A stretch of DNA of 64,000 nucleotides, from the NCBI GenBank assembly GCA_965207375.1, contig CBDBMG010000003.1:672001-736000 (forward strand), read 5' to 3'. The position numbers were made by a program, and so were the translations under genes. The first letter of the stretch is position 1. Every line of letters begins with the position of its first letter. Source of the DNA: Nitrosopumilaceae archaeon (GTDB lineage Archaea > Thermoproteota > Nitrososphaeria > Nitrososphaerales > Nitrosopumilaceae). Below the pieces are notes generated by a model. That model made no database searches and was not told where the DNA came from. It was given only the letters and a program-made list of their open reading frames with translations. Of the stretch, positions 13,171 to 28,057 are shown piece after piece.

Positions 13171-14241
13171 AAAAAAGAAGTGTTGAAAAGAAGGAACTAT
13201 GTAAAAAGAAGACGGAACTATAAAGGAACCTGATGGAACTATGTATACACCTGCTAGTTGTAGTAAATACCATGGTACGTCTATATAAAGATTTTGGTAG
13301 TTTTCTTGTTGGATAAGTTGCAGCTGTTGTGTGTACTCCTTATACCAGTGCCAACTTGCTGTGTTTAAGTGTGATAGGTACTGTAATTGTATGAGCTGGA
13401 TTATTAATTAATAATTGGGCAACGCTAATTAATATTACGTAGTGCTAATGCAAAATATTAGCTAATATTTGCATTAGCATTAGTCCCATTGTTTTGTATA
13501 CTACTGTGTGATATAAATTTTTGATGGGCTGTAATGCCGATCCATTAATTTTATTTGTCAGCCCCAATAAGTCAAAAACACCGTTATACGGTACATGTGG
13601 TATCAATTTTCATTTGTCAAAAGGTAAGTATCGTTATATTAGCTTTCAAAATGGACATGATCTTGTAAATAATCATGAAGCAACTTTATTCATGTTCGTT
13701 AGGAATACAAATAAAGGCATTGTATATCCATCAAGCTGTTTATTTGGTTGATGAAATTCATTAGTTTATAGTGTTTTTGTGTTGGCAATGTAAACTTGAG
13801 GAGAAGACCCACTAATTGTACGGTATTCAATGTATTTAATGATGTCACCAGTAAGTCACATGAGCAAAGACTCATCACTAGGAACACATAGCAACGCATA
13901 CACATTTAATTATTCAGCTTTATACTCCAGTACTTTACTGATAAAACTTTTTAAAGCCGAAATTCTTACTGTAACACTATAGGCCAGTCTTCTTTTATAA
14001 GCTTCGCAACCTGCACAACATGCCCACTTTTAAAACTGAAGTGCTCCGTCTTGTTAGTAATGTACAACTAGTTAAATGCCTTTTACTGTGAAATGAACAG
14101 CATTTACAGCTAGAAAAATTATAAGCACTAAATAGTTGCAGAGCTGTAAACTGATAACCATATTACACAACTACAGCATCAGTCATAAAATACTGTACAT
14201 ATAAGTATATCATTTTGATGTCGATACATCGATACCATGAT

Positions 14242-15004
14242 CAAGGGCGGCGGAATCGGTCCGGCTGGTCCGGTTTTAGCCGGACCACTTTTCCATGAAG
14301 ATTCTAATATTTTCGGGTAGACCAAAAACACACCTGATACGATTGTGTAAGATTGTTGCTACTTCACGGATAGGATACGTATAATTATTTAGCTACACTA
14401 TAAAAGGATACTCTAGTTCATTTAGTCCATGAATCAATCACGCTTACAGTAGTTCTCAGTGCACGCGCATATCACGTGACACGTGTCGGTGACGTCCAGT
14501 GTAAATTTTCGCAGATGGATGCCGATTGTGCTAGTTCTTCCAATACTAATTATACCTTCAATCGATTTTATCCACCACAGAGTTGCTGCTTTCCAAAGCG
14601 ATGCATGGATCTAAGGATATGGTTTTTGAAGTGATGGCTGACGCCAATCTAAGTGATGGCTGGCTCCAATGTAGCTAATGTTTTAGAGCCTTTGAACTGT
14701 TTGTATACCTGTAACTGTTATTACTTATGGCTATAGCTATAATTGTTTTATTGGACATGAAGTGATACTGAGTCACTTTGATAGGAAATTAACACACATG
14801 CATACGTAGCTATATGCTAAATACTTATGGAGAAGTAAGTTCTGGCTGAGAAAGCTCTCAGATGCAATCTCAGAGCATGTTTTTTTCAAAAATTTCCTGG
14901 GGGGGAAGCCCCCAGACCCCCCTAGCATTAGCATGCTTCGCACACTTCTCTTTAACAGCCATACCCTTGGCCGGACCTATCAAAAGTTGCTTCCGCCGCC
15001 CTTG
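14242..15004. mobile_element. hAT-type MITE
   Basis: TIR caagggcggcggaa / ttccgccgcccttg. Shares an internal gggggg..cccccagacccccctagc module with 9589-10613. TSD not clean. Confidence 0.7.
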
Positions 15005-15128
15005 ATGATATATGATATATCGATATGACCTAAGTATGTATTGATACAGTATTGCTGCCCAATGATTCACGATATGGCGATATCGATATATCGATATATT
15101 GTTGCATCTCTAACATACATTATACACA

Positions 15129-15223
15129 TTAGAGATGGGACAATACTATATATTACAGTATGTAATGCAATACGTTTGGAGTGATGCATCGATAATTCTG
15201 CACCCTGTAGTGTCCCATCTCTA
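15129..15223. mobile_element. Miniature TAGAGATG-type (hAT-like) inverted-repeat element
   Basis: Ends tagagatgggaca ... tgtcccatctcta. Confidence 0.55.
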
Positions 15224-17041
15224 ATACACATACATGCATGCATACATACTTAGTTTACATAAATACTTGCACGCATGCACGGACATGTACACACACACGC
15301 ACACACACGCACACACATACATGATACATTCATGTATTACATACTGTGTATGAGAAGTCTTGAGGGTGTTAAAAGTTGTATCACAAATGCAGAAATAATT
15401 TAAAATGGTCGATGATATTGCCAATAATTGTTAATACAGTGCCAGTGCCAATATTGCTATACCGATAATATCTGAATATCGGATTACCTATATACAGTAT
15501 TGGTATTTGTACCAATATTGGTAATACCAACATGTCAGTGATGGTTTTGTTGACCAAGTGCTTACGATAAGGTTAAAAATTGTCCGGACATTTGTTTGCC
15601 TATTGTAAATTTATTGACTTCCCCATTGATAAATTATTATAAATTTGTTTAGTTTGGTCAGTCAGATATGCCATAGTTGGCTGGAGACGATTGGCCATTA
15701 TTGTAAGCTCTGCAACCAATGCTATATAATTGTGTTAAAGTAGCATTGTAAATGTTGGATATTATCAGTCTAACATATTTAGTGACTGAATATTTGGACT
15801 GTGATGAACTTCTATAGGCTATATATAAAGTGTATAAATACTAGTGTGAGAAATAACAGCGTAGTCAGGGCATTTTTAAAATTGTATGGTAAAAATGTCC
15901 AGAAGCAAACTGTTGAGAAATGCATGGTTTTACTATATTGCCTGACAGATCTGTACATTTCCATGCAAACTTTATCATATTATGACAGTGAATCACCTTA
16001 TGCTTCAAATGTTATTTCACACACTGAAATACAGTAACATATGTAGTATAGTTTAAACATATACAAACTCAAATATGCTATGACTTGTCCCCACATATGG
16101 ATTTTTCCATGATACGTAGAAGTTGACGGTATTCAAGTATCATAATGATATAATCAATGTCGATCTTGGAAATATGTGTTACAATATCACAACATTACTG
16201 CGTATGTTGCTAACACTACAATATAGTTAAGTAACAGAACCGCAAAGTACTAACCAAAGCCATTCAATCAAATAGAATAAGATATTAGTATCTGTTGTAT
16301 GTGCACGTGGAAAAATATTATTAGAGGCACTTTTCAATGACAAATATTTTTGAGTGAGATTCGCCAAAGTTTGACAATGCCATAGTTTACCATTCATGTA
16401 TATGTGTGTATGTACTTACCAGGGCCGTAGCCGCCAAAAAATAATCAGTCCGGCCATCCTGTAGGGGAACCGGGAGTGCTCTAAAGTTCCCAGTGAGGTA
16501 GCTACAGGGCTATTTCGTTTCCAGAGGCTGGAAGTATGTTGGCAGCGAGATTCACTGGATTTTCACCCCACACAGCTTTTTCTAAAAAACAAGAGCACGA
16601 AAATATTAGAATACAGTCCCGTTTTTATTTTCTGTCTCCTTACAAACTATTTCTGGCATTTTAGCATCCTGTTTTAATGTTTATCACCAGTTTAATAAGG
16701 AAAAACTGATTAAATGGCTATCCAACCAAGACTTAAAATGTATTCTAGGCGCGCACTATTAATCTCGAAGATGCTAATTATTGTAACTACTCGTACATAC
16801 GTATATAAGTAGCTACGTAGCTATATGTATTTGATTTCGAGTGATCACTTTGTCCAGGAATATATTAGCTAGCTAATTAATGTAACTATATATAATCAGT
16901 CATGGATTGTATAGCTAATCATTAAATTAGTAATTTGCATTTGTCACTGCTATAATTAGCTAATTTAATTAAGGGTGCATGTTCAAATTGTCTGCAGGTC
17001 ATTGTAATTAATTATACAGCTGCATGCATGCATGCATATAT

Positions 17042-17404
17042 CAGGGGCGGATCCAGGGGGTTCTTTGGGGTCTCGAGACCCCTTCCAGAAATATATCAGG
17101 GAAGCCAAAAGAATGATGTATTGGTATAAAAACACACTAAAATGTATTATTTCTTGAATTAAGCGAATTTTCAGTACTTGATGAGATAAAACAACCTATA
17201 TCTTCCAAGGGGTTGCACCCACCACGCCCCCTACTCCATATTTGGCTTAAAACTTCTTTGTATTTACTTAAATATGCTCTAAATCTTGGATTAGGCATGA
17301 TTTTGGTGTAAAACACCCTATAGCTTCAGGGGGGCTGCGCCCCCTGCTTCAGAGATTACCTCTATATTCAGACCCCCTCTCGGAAAATCTTGGATCCGCC
17401 CCTG
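17042..17404. mobile_element. hAT-type MITE
   Basis: TIR caggggcggatcca / tggatccgcccctg. Confidence 0.75.
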
Positions 17405-17784
17405 TGTATACATTATATAGCTATCAGTTGTGTCAAACAATTTTAGTATCCCTATAGGCCTTCATCTAGCTATATCTTCCACTGAAAAATTAAAGCTACA
17501 TGGCTATACGCATGATGCATTTGGCTGAAATTTGGAAAATATATACTCAGATGAGACAAGCTTACCTAAGTATTTATGTAGCCTTGTAAAAACGTAGCTA
17601 GTGGTTGTGTTGCAGTTTGGCACATGCTGCAGTCAGGGGCTATATTATCAATAGTTATATAGCTATAGGTAGCAAGTTTTAGCTACGTAGCATACCACTC
17701 AGCTGGTTGCATGCCCCATTGACGTGATGTGCACTTGACATATACGTTGAGCTAGCTAGTTGTATAACTGTGAACCTTATATTA

Positions 17785-18010
17785 TCGCGAGTATATCATA
17801 GAGTACACGTGACGTTTGTACTAAAAGGAATAAGATGTCGCGAGTGTATCATAGAGCACACGTGACGTTTCCAATAAAAGGAATGAAATGTCGCGAGTGT
17901 ATCATAGAGCACACGTGACGTTTCCAAAAAAAGGAATGAAATGTCGCGTGTATCATAGAGCACACGTGACGTTTCCAATAAAAGGAATGAGATGTCGCGA
18001 GTGTATCATA
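17785..18010. repeat. 53-bp minisatellite, ~4.2 units
   Basis: Unit tcgcgagtgtatcatagagcacacgtgacgtttccaataaaaggaatgaaatg starts at 17785, 17838, 17891, 17944 and 17995. Confidence 0.9.
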
Positions 18011-18468
18011 GGCCGGCTATTATAAAAGCGAGACCTAGAAAGAACGTAACTGAACACTGATCCGGCCGGCAACTATAGCTAGCCTAAAGTTGTGCCATTA
18101 CAGCTAGCCGGTTATATGCTATGATAGCTAGGTGCAGTAACTTGATTACATATACCCACTTTAGTCTCACATGGCCAGACCCTTTCGGCGCGCGCGAAAA
18201 TGGTCTGTCCGCACGAGACCCCCAACTTGTATAAGGTCTATTACGCAGTGCTTATATATTGCATACAATAAACGCCCTGCGCGAAAAACGGAATCACGCA
18301 TACCATTGCATAATTGTTGTGTCCATGAGGTGGACCATAGATAACTATGGATGTATATGAAGTTATGCTCAGATCGCTCATTAAATCGCTTCGTGTAGCG
18401 GCGAGTTATGCTGGAAACAACATTATCATCTCCAATATCATGACCACTATTAACAGCAACAAATTTGA

Positions 18469-18639
18469 CGACTGCTTGTCGGCAATAATTCAAGTAAGAG
18501 TATTCTGAGCAGCGACCTTCATCCGCCAGACCGGTCTGATATCAACATATACTTTACTGTGAAGACGATTCCTGGGAACTACGCGAATAGGATCCTGCCT
18601 CTGCAGATATCGTGGTTTCAAAAAGTGAATAAGGAGATG
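18469..18639 (+). pseudogene. Fringe-like (GT31) glycosyltransferase exon; possible next exon 20501-20585
   Basis: SDINIYFTVKTIPGNYANRILPLQISWFQKVNKEM followed by GTAAG resembles the Fringe N-terminal motif D.FI.VKT...H..R..L...TW. There is an in-frame TGA just upstream, and no downstream DDD catalytic exon was found. Confidence 0.45.
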
Positions 18640-19049
18640 GTAAGTGGTGCACGTGACTCGTGTTTGTTGTCCACAACTAAGTAATTGTATAACTGTAATA
18701 TCTAAAGTTAGGCGATATTTGAAAAGATGCACTGCGATTATTGCAGCAATATTTGCATTTTAAGGATGCACAGAGCAGCAGTAGATGTCATACCTTAAAA
18801 CTACTATTAATGTGGATCTGTTGGTTTCAGCGTTGGTTGTCAATGTAAATAGTAATTGTGTACGTATACTCTCTACACTCAATCCTATGGTGCTGCATTG
18901 TGATATGATGTGGTGTTTTGCAATATTACTGTACGTAAGATACGAAATACTACAATATGTTTCTACTGATGTCTGATCATTCTTGGTAAACTGTCTGGAC
19001 AACTCTTAGAGCATTTTCAGTCTTTACTTGATGCTCTGCACACACACAC

Positions 19050-19617
19050 CAGGGTTGAAACCGGGTCCCCGGATGACCCACTGACCCAGATAGTAATCTG
19101 TATGTGACCCAGTTTAATTGCAGTAGAGGCGTGCACCGAAACTTACATTCTGGGCACTACTAATTGGTTCTGCATTACAGCATGTAGATGCAGGCTATAT
19201 ATTAACCAAACACATTTATTTGTATATATTCTCGGTTTTCTCGTACAAATAAACTGGGCGTGGCTCCTACTGGACGATTTGTGTATTCATGCTGCATTAG
19301 TCCTAATTATATCCCAATTCCCAACAAGTGATCACTGAAAAGTAGTATTTGAATTTTACATAAATAAACTTTTGAGGTGTGCAGCGGGCGCCATTGAAAT
19401 ACTCTAATTGTACAGTCAATCCATCTAATACCCGTGCATAGTCACCCATCTCGAAATATCTTGAGGAGATATTGTGATATTGTCGCCCTCAGGCACGCTT
19501 AATTCATCACCTCCAGATGCCATTAATATTGTACATGATCCAATGCAGAATCCGGGTCAGACCCGGATATTTTATAAAGTGTGTCAGACCCAGATGACCC
19601 GATCCGGTTTCAACCCT
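19050..19617. mobile_element. hAT-type MITE inserted in a (CA)n tract
   Basis: TIR cagggttgaaaccgg / ccggtttcaaccct, with CA repeats on both sides. Confidence 0.75.
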
Positions 19618-19782
<165 letters not shown>

Positions 19783-19836
19783 CTGCATTGTAATTTGTAC
19801 ACAAATATTCATATTAACATATTACTATATTCATAT

Positions 19837-20413
19837 TACTCGTATAGAACAAAACTTTGGCGGTAAAAATTTTTGGCGAATTGTGATTTTGAAACATTGG
19901 CAGAAAAAAGTTTGGCGAATCCAAGGCTTGCCTGCATTTTCATAGTGCGTGCACGATAGCTCTGAAATCTGTAAACTACGAAATTCTTTATATCGCGAGC
20001 ATACGCTCCATCGAGCGCTCAAGATAAATTGCTGATCAAGGACGAGATCTTTATTGAATGCGAATACCCAATTGTGGCCAAGGCCTACTACCATAATTAT
20101 AATACAGCTAAAGCACACGGGCACCTACAATAAATGCCACACGTAAGCGTGTAAAAGTCTTATGAAGGTGTTTCGCTAACTTCCATGTGTTTAGTGATTG
20201 TTTGAAGGGATTCAGTTATCCAGTATTGCATTAATAATCGCGTAAGTCATGCACAATATTTAGGTGCCTTGTTTCACGTGTCGTACGTTCCCGACACAAA
20301 CTGCATGACCACGTGCTTCATCGGGAATGTTGGCAAAAAAAACTTGGCGAATTGTGGCGATTCACCAAATTCGCCAAAGTTTTCTCCCCGCCAAAGGTTT
20401 GTTCTATATGGTA
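19837..20413. mobile_element. pogo/Tc1-type MITE (second, interrupted copy at 25775-26044 plus 27534-27640)
   Basis: TIR cgtatagaacaaaactttggcgg / ccgccaaaggttttgttctatatgg, with subterminal ttggcgaat repeats. Confidence 0.8.
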
Positions 20414-22977
20414 GTGAGTTGAGAAAGCTTGTATGTGCTAGGTACATATATGTACGTATGTTTGTAGCAGGATAATAGTTGTATTATTCATTGTATTTAG
20501 GTCAGTATTGTGTCCAATCCACCACAAGGAAACATCAGTGAAAACTCCAAAATCAAGCAGTTTGAAATGAGATTAATAAAAGAAGGTGTGCATTAATTTG
20601 TTTGTGTGTTTATACACAATTACATTACTGTGTAATACTGTTATACCGTGAAACAGAATATTTTCACTAGTGCTTCAAAGTGGATTCACCCTTAAGATAC
20701 AAGTTGAAATCCACACACGTTCCGTTATCTGTATGTGCGTATGTATGTAGTAATGTATTATTTTAACAAGCATTAGGAAAATCAGGCCTCAAAATATTTT
20801 TATATGTCTTGTAGAAAGGCTCCCAAGAATCTAGGATATCTGGATATTAAGAGTAAGATATACGTACTCCATCAAATACAGGGTAGGGTATTGCTTCTCT
20901 TGTAACCAAATTCAGCTCTAAATGGTTACTTTGTATTGTTATTCTCAAATTTAGCTCTGCTATGATAAAAGGATGTTTTATGTTGTAATATTCAAATCCA
21001 CAATTAAATGTTTTGTGTGAGGGTATAAAAGGGCATGGTAAATGTTAACAAAAGTGCTTTAACAAGTTTATATGTATGGGCATGAGGGCAAGCCACCAAA
21101 ATGCCCACCATCCAAATAACAGCGATGTACCAATATGAGATTTAGCTGATATTCTATACCAATGACCGATCCGATATTTTAAACATGTTTGCTTCCTTGA
21201 TGTAGCTATGTAGTATGGTCATACAAATACATACATTGTGCATTTTTACAAATAGGAGAGGTAATCATATGCATGTACGTACATGGTGCATTTCATATTA
21301 TGCTATCCTATCTAACATGCATAGTGTATATTATTATTCCACAAAGTACAGCATTTGCAGTGTGTTGAGTGATATTGGCATTTCATACATGGTACGGTAT
21401 TGTTGTTGTAATATGTGACCAAGTCTGCGAAAACAGGTTTTATCTACACATTCAATCACACACAATCTCTGAACCATAAATTCCCTTGTGAATAAGCTAA
21501 CAATGCACATTTCCATTTCGTACACTGCCATGCTTCATTTTTTGCCACATGCAGCTATATAGCAGGAAAACTCTGTGTATTAAAAAATTTCCGGCTTAAA
21601 ATAATTTTGTACACTTGCTAAGTTTACGAAATTAAAGCTCATTGAACATTTAGCTCTTGCTACTTTACTACCACCAAAGCATTCCTGATCTACGATATAG
21701 CTGATAGTGCTTTAAGTGTTTTATTGTATTTTACACCTATTAATGTGCGAATAAAACACAGTTCTTTGATAGTACTGAATAAAGGAATTGCACAAGTATA
21801 TGGTTTTCTTTGATAAAAGTGTCAACAAGCTACCGTTCTACAACTACTCTAGCATTCTATAACTACCCAACCACAGTTCTATAACTGCCTCCTTGACACA
21901 TTAAGGTAGTTATAGAACTGTTGAACCCTTTGATCCGTCCATGCAAAATACAATAAATATGTCATAACAGCAAATTAAAATTTTCTGTGTAACATTTTTG
22001 TGTTTTAAGTAGGGAAACTACATGAATGATGAATTGGTAGCAGTATCAGAATCAGTGATTTTCATAGCCAATATATCGGTTATCGGAATATCGGTTATTT
22101 TGCATATCGGTGCAACTCTTATTATATATCATGATACGTAGTTCGCCCACAAACACACACAGAGGGTAAACATGGTGAACCAACGAAACAGTAAACCTGG
22201 CATGTACTGGTCTGTAGGCTCATTGTTAAAAATATTTTTATAGAAACTGATGCATAAGTTTTTGTTTTAGTGTAATGTGGGCCCCGGGCCTTGGAAAAAT
22301 TCAATAATGGAAGATAAAAGCAGTGGAGACATTTATTAAAATTTACCTGGCTCTTTTATACCCTCACTCATAACATTTAATTGTGGGTTTGAATATTACA
22401 AACACAAAACATTATTTTATCATAGCTGAGGTGAATTAGAGCAATAACAATAACAAATGGACCATTTAGAAGCTTACACTTGTACACATACATTTCAGGA
22501 AATCTCATAAAATATTTGATTGTGGGGTTAATTTAAATGTAATATCATTGTTCATTGTTATACCATCAATGAATTATGTAGTGTTAACTTAGGAACATAT
22601 TAGTGGTGTGCATTATACAGAATATGAATATATATCGTGATAAATGATGATATGAATATGAAATTTCTTCTATCGTGATGTAATGATACGTAACACAAAA
22701 TGGCGGCTAACATACAAAATATGACATGTTTGACTAACTAATAGTTTTCATGTTGTAATATTCAAACCCACAATGAAATGTTATATGTAAGGGTTTAAAG
22801 CCAGGTAATAAATGAATGTCTGCACTGTCTTTATTCCTATTGAATTTTGCATTACACTAAAGTAAAATAATGCATCAGTTTCCATCAAAACAATTTTAAC
22901 AATGAGCCTTCAAACCAGTACATGCCAGGTTTACTGTTTTGTTAATTCTTTATTTACTCTGTGTTGTGCGGGCATGC

Positions 22978-24152
22978 ATAGTATCGCGAAACCTGACTGC
23001 TCACTTCCGTTTTTATTTGTAGTGGTGGAAAAAGGTCTAGTTACTACACCATAGATTTTTTGTGCTGTAAACAGACTTAGGGAGCGTTGATTGCTGATGA
23101 CAAGTCAAAAAAACTTGTTTAATAAGCGGCACGATAAACCATGTATTAATAAGCGGCACGATAAACCATGTATTGGTTTGACCTAGCCTCCTATACGTAC
23201 ATCACAAGTGCTGCTGGTTTAACACTTCCTTTTCAGCAATCAATGCTGCACAAAATTTGTGGAACCCAGAGCACCAAAAGTTGGTAAGATATACGTAGGG
23301 CTGTGCAATAATATAAATTCTATGCAGCTCATCATCACAATTATCACGATATTTCCATGTATGCATGAAATTCACAAAAACATTACTGATAATTATTTAT
23401 TCTGTTAAACATTGTACTATCAGGTACGTACGTACGTACTTACATACTCATTATATATTATCAGGATATTAGAGAATTATGGAAAAACTCTTTTAGCACA
23501 CTTTCTTTACCAGTAGCAACATATTTCCAATAAATTATTACACAAAATATTATCTATCACTACATATACATATTTAAAAATATTACAATTTTATTTTTCA
23601 TCACGATTATATATTGAGCAGCACTAGTAACCTAAAGGTAACCAGACCCTTTTCCACCACTACAAATAAAAACGGAAAAGTAGTAGTGATGCACCGATAA
23701 TCGGATCGGCTATCGGAAATACCCTATAGCGGCTGATTTTTTCATATCGGTAATCGGATCGGTATGTTTGTCAGATTACTAGCAGATCCGATATAATTGC
23801 TGGGCAGTCACAAGTCTATTGTTAATTAAATTTTTGGGTGGGCAAGTGGTGGTCAGGAAGCCATACCTTATACAAACACTGAGGTTTACACTTAAACTGT
23901 AGCAGCCTACTTTTTGTAAGAAGTGTCAATATGTATTTATAACCAAACATGATGAAAGCTTTAACTTGTGGGATACTTTCAATCTTCTTTCAGTTGAACT
24001 TTTATGGTGCAATAGTGACTTTAAAATGAATTGATTATATCGGATTGGTTGTGTTTTTTCGGTTTTACAAATTTATTCATATTGGCTATCGGAATATCGG
24101 TAAAAAGTCATATCGGTGCAACTCTAAAAAGTAGTCTGCGGTATGTTAGATT
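22978..24152. mobile_element. TAGTCTCGCG-family MITE carrying a nested hAT MITE
   Basis: Inverted match ttccgtttttatttgtagtggtggaaaaaggtct / agacccttttccaccactacaaataaaaacggaa. Relatives at 2399-2465, 18162-18218 and 40617-40705. Confidence 0.6.
23684..24126. mobile_element. hAT-type MITE (TAGTGATG family)
   Basis: TIR tagtgatgcaccgata / tatcggtgcaactcta. Perfect 8-bp TSD aaaagtag. Confidence 0.85.
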
Positions 24153-24155
24153 AAT

Positions 24156-24388
<233 letters not shown>

Positions 24389-26044
24389 ATATGTACGTAG
24401 TTATTATGGAATATCCCAACATAATTATAGTTAATGTATCAATTAAATTCATATTATCATGCCTTATAGCAGTTTTTCAAGGGTAAGATTTTTAACGAAT
24501 CACCCAAATGAGCGCTTAGAAATACCGAAGTTAAATTACACATAAAATTGCTTATAGCTTTGGAATCTTGATTTTAGTTGGTATCTGTGCCTTCTCATTG
24601 GCCAAAAACTTCTCATAAGGGCCCCTTGCAGTCTTCATGATGTTTTTCACCTACGTAACCATATTGTTAACAGCTGCAATTCGTAATGAAATTTATAGAT
24701 TATTTGCTTGTATTTGGCAAAACAGTATCATCTTGGATGCTTTTAAGATACTTAATTCCATGTTGGTAAATATTTCAAGGGAAAATTTTTCACAAATGAC
24801 AATCGATTCATGAAATTCATGAAGATTTTCCACCTCGAAAAACCTGCTATCTTTATGGTAATTTTATCGTTGAAGATTTTTCAGTTATTGTCCATCACCA
24901 GTAAGACTGATCTATAATATATTGTTATATGTACATACGTATACGACGTATAAAGGAGGTGGGAACAAATTAACTGCTTCGTACTTTTTAGTCTTAAAAG
25001 TTAACATAGTAAAGTATAGACTGCAGACCCAGTTTGATGTTTAGTTGTTGTTAACATTTACCTGGCTATTTTATATAACTACATAATTATTTTTAGTAAT
25101 TGTGGGTTTGAATATACCTACAGCTGAAGATGATCACGAAATGAAATTATTATCAGTATAATGTTGTTTTAGTCTTCTGTAATATTTTTAGAAGTTTTAT
25201 GATTATTCACTACATAACTAATTCATTGATGATATCACAATGAACAATGATATGATAGTACATTTAAATTAAACCCACAATAAAATATTTTATGTGAGAT
25301 ATACTGTACAGGTGTAATGTACTTCAGCTCTAGATGGTCCATTTGTTATTGTTATTGCTGTAATTCACCACAGCTATGATAAAATGATGATTTATATTAT
25401 AATGTTTAAACCCACAATTAAATGTTATGAGTGAAGGTATAAAAGAGCCATTTAAATGTTAACAAATACCCCTTTCAGCATAAACAATTATCATTAAATT
25501 ATTGCAAGGCCTGTTTGGGGCCCACATTACACCAAAACAAACACTTGTGCATCAGTTTCCATCAGAATATTTTGGACAAGGAGCCTTCAGACCAGTATAA
25601 TAAGTACATGCCAGGTTTACTGTTTTGTTAGTTCACTTTGTTTACCCTGTTGAGCACAGGCACGACCACACTCACCAACACATGCACCAGCACAAGCCAC
25701 CAATGTCCACCAGCCAGCTCAGCTCCAAATAACAGCGATGTACGTACCAATATGAGATTTAGCTGATAGTTTGATACTGTATAGGGAAAAACTTTGGCGG
25801 TAAAAGAGGTTTGATAAAATAGTGTTTTTGAAACATAAGCAAAAAGTTTGTCAAATCCGAGGCTTGCCTGTATTTTTAGTGCATATACAGCTCTGAACTC
25901 TGTAAACTACAAAATTTTATAATTATTATATTAGGCGTACACTCCATCGAGCACTGAAGATAACTGTTGATCAGCACAAGACCTTTATTGAATGTGAAAT
26001 GAGAATCCTCAGCTGTATTTCATTATCCAAGATCTACTACCATA

Positions 26045-27533
26045 TCAAGACTCACGATAGTGAGTCGCGAGGCCAAGAAGAAGCAGCCGTACGCGACGAA
26101 CAAGTGAGTTATTTACAGGTAGCACCGCTCAAAAATTCGCAGACGCTGTAACTAAGCCGCCATAAAAGCTACCGCTTAGTTATTATGGACCTAGTACGTT
26201 CTTACTATATAGAATCAATATACCAACAATGAAGTAAATAGCTGCCTCCATTCCTGAGTATCAACCATTGCGAGTTTTATGGCGCTCGTTTTGTGACAAC
26301 GCACGACGAGCCATCTGCCCCGCCCCTTTTCGCTTGTTAATTAGAGAATTAGTACCTTCATTTAATGTAGAATCAGTAACCCAAAGTTCATCGAAATCGG
26401 ACCAGCCAGTCTTCTGATACAGCCTTATAAAGTCCTCCTTCCAGTAAAAAAATTTTTACGCGGCCGTCGTTTTCTTTTTCTTTCTTTCTTTCTTTTATTT
26501 TCATCGCACACTTCGTGGGCTTGCGTGACCCCCGGCGTGAATCCCGGAATTTATATTTAAAACACTCATTTAGTACATACACTTGTTTGTCTAATAACTC
26601 ACTCATTTCTGCATGGATTTCAACCAAATTTGTATCAACACTTCTCCTATGTATGCTCTACCAGACAAACAACTTTCAGCATTAAGCAAATACCTCAATG
26701 TATTTGAGAGATACTTTTACACTGTATGTTGATAGTTTCCATAACTCGGACCCCCTCTAAATCATTTGAATGAAATTTCAGATACACAAGCTATATTGAT
26801 ATATGAATCTTCAGGATAAGTTTAAAGAAATTATGACACTTCAGTTTATCAAAATTAGCCTTTAACGATTTCATTCATGTTAATGTGCCATGATAATTAT
26901 ACCAAACAACAAGAGGTGAACAGTTGCCACACATTATAAATAGGAGACCACTGTCACTATCAGCATAAAACAATATTTCGCACTATAATATTAATTGTCT
27001 TCTCCTGTAGATCAATCAACAGTAGAGGATGGCAATGATGTAGCCTTCATTGAAGTTCTCAACTGTTCTCCACCTACATAGCTAACAATTATATTATAAT
27101 AACACATACTTTATGATGTTCATTAGTTATTTGGGGGAATACAAGGGAAATACCCAAAATATGAACTTCCTCCTCTCCCCTTTATATAAGCGACCAAAAA
27201 CTCTGATATCAAGTAAGGCCAAGAAATTGAACATTTTATTAAGAATCTTTTTACTTGAATGACATACAATAGTTTACAGGGCATTTTCACAACTATGATT
27301 GGCTTTGTCATTTGGCCACCTTTTTGCACTATCATCTTTTATAAGGTGGCCAAGTGACAAAGCCAATCATAGTTGTGAAAATGCCCTGTAAGCTATTGTA
27401 TGTCATTCAAGTAAAAAGATTCTTAATAAAATGTTCAATTTCTTGGCCTTACTTGATATCAGAGTTTTGGTCCTTATATTTGTGGCTTTGATTGGCCTCG
27501 CACTTTTTTTACAGCCTGGCTGTTTTTGTTTAG
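26045..27533 (+). mobile_element. Family A copy 3 (young; inner palindrome arm partly deleted)
   Basis: A|TCAAGACTCACGATAGTGAGTCGCGAGGCCAA ... TTGGCCTCGC...TTTAG|T. Near-identical to the reverse complement of 55137-56788. Interrupts a pogo-like MITE with no TSD. Confidence 0.8.
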
Positions 27534-27661
27534 TTAACTATACGTACATACAAGCTGAAGCAGATGGGCACCTACAATAAACACCATAGTAGCTACGTAA
27601 TTGCGTTAAAGTCCATTATTGTTTTGCTATAACATTTGCACTAGTGATGTGCAATATATAT

Positions 27662-27910
27662 TGTCGCGAAGTAACATTGACTGATTGTAGTATTAGATAG
27701 TATTAGGTCACGTGATTGTAGTTTATAGTTTAGAGTGTGTTAATAAGAATAAGAACGTGCTAACTGTGTACGTAGGGTGTTAGTTGAATCCTATTATCAC
27801 GCGAAGGGGCATCGTGTTAGTCCTTCCTGGATTCATTCATCGAACCTGTCAACTGCATATTTGCTCGTCGCAAATAGCTATTCCGTACATTTTGGTGCTG
27901 TGACCAGGAT
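27662..27910 (+). mobile_element. 5' LTR and primer-binding site of a BEL/Pao LTR retrotransposon
   Basis: TGT...ACA (27662-27889), then TGGTGCTGTGACCAGGAT, complementary to a tRNA-His 3' end. A gag-like ORF follows. Confidence 0.7.
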
Positions 27911-28057
27911 CGCTTGACCTTGCGGCCATCGTAACCCGCTACTTAGAAGTTGTGGTACCGTGGCATATTGAACGGTACCCCGTAAGGCAAGCGAGCTATT
28001 GCAAAGAAATAATTCTTGTAGTTATTTTTTCACAGTAAACGCCGACACGATCGAGAG

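Noticed and set aside
17785-18010. Possible CRISPR array (53-bp period)
   Set aside because: The whole unit repeats and there are no unique spacers.
23238-23282. AG/GTAAG-bounded mini-exon
   Set aside because: It lies inside a MITE and has no recognisable protein similarity.
26388-26627. Recurrent small ORF MVEIHAEMSELLDKQ in family A (also 56203-56445)
   Set aside because: It has a TTG start, the frame differs between near-identical copies, and it has no recognisable motif. The recurrence is explained by the repeat.
27893-27910. tRNA gene
   Set aside because: It is only an 18-nt complement of a tRNA 3' end, i.e. an LTR primer-binding site.
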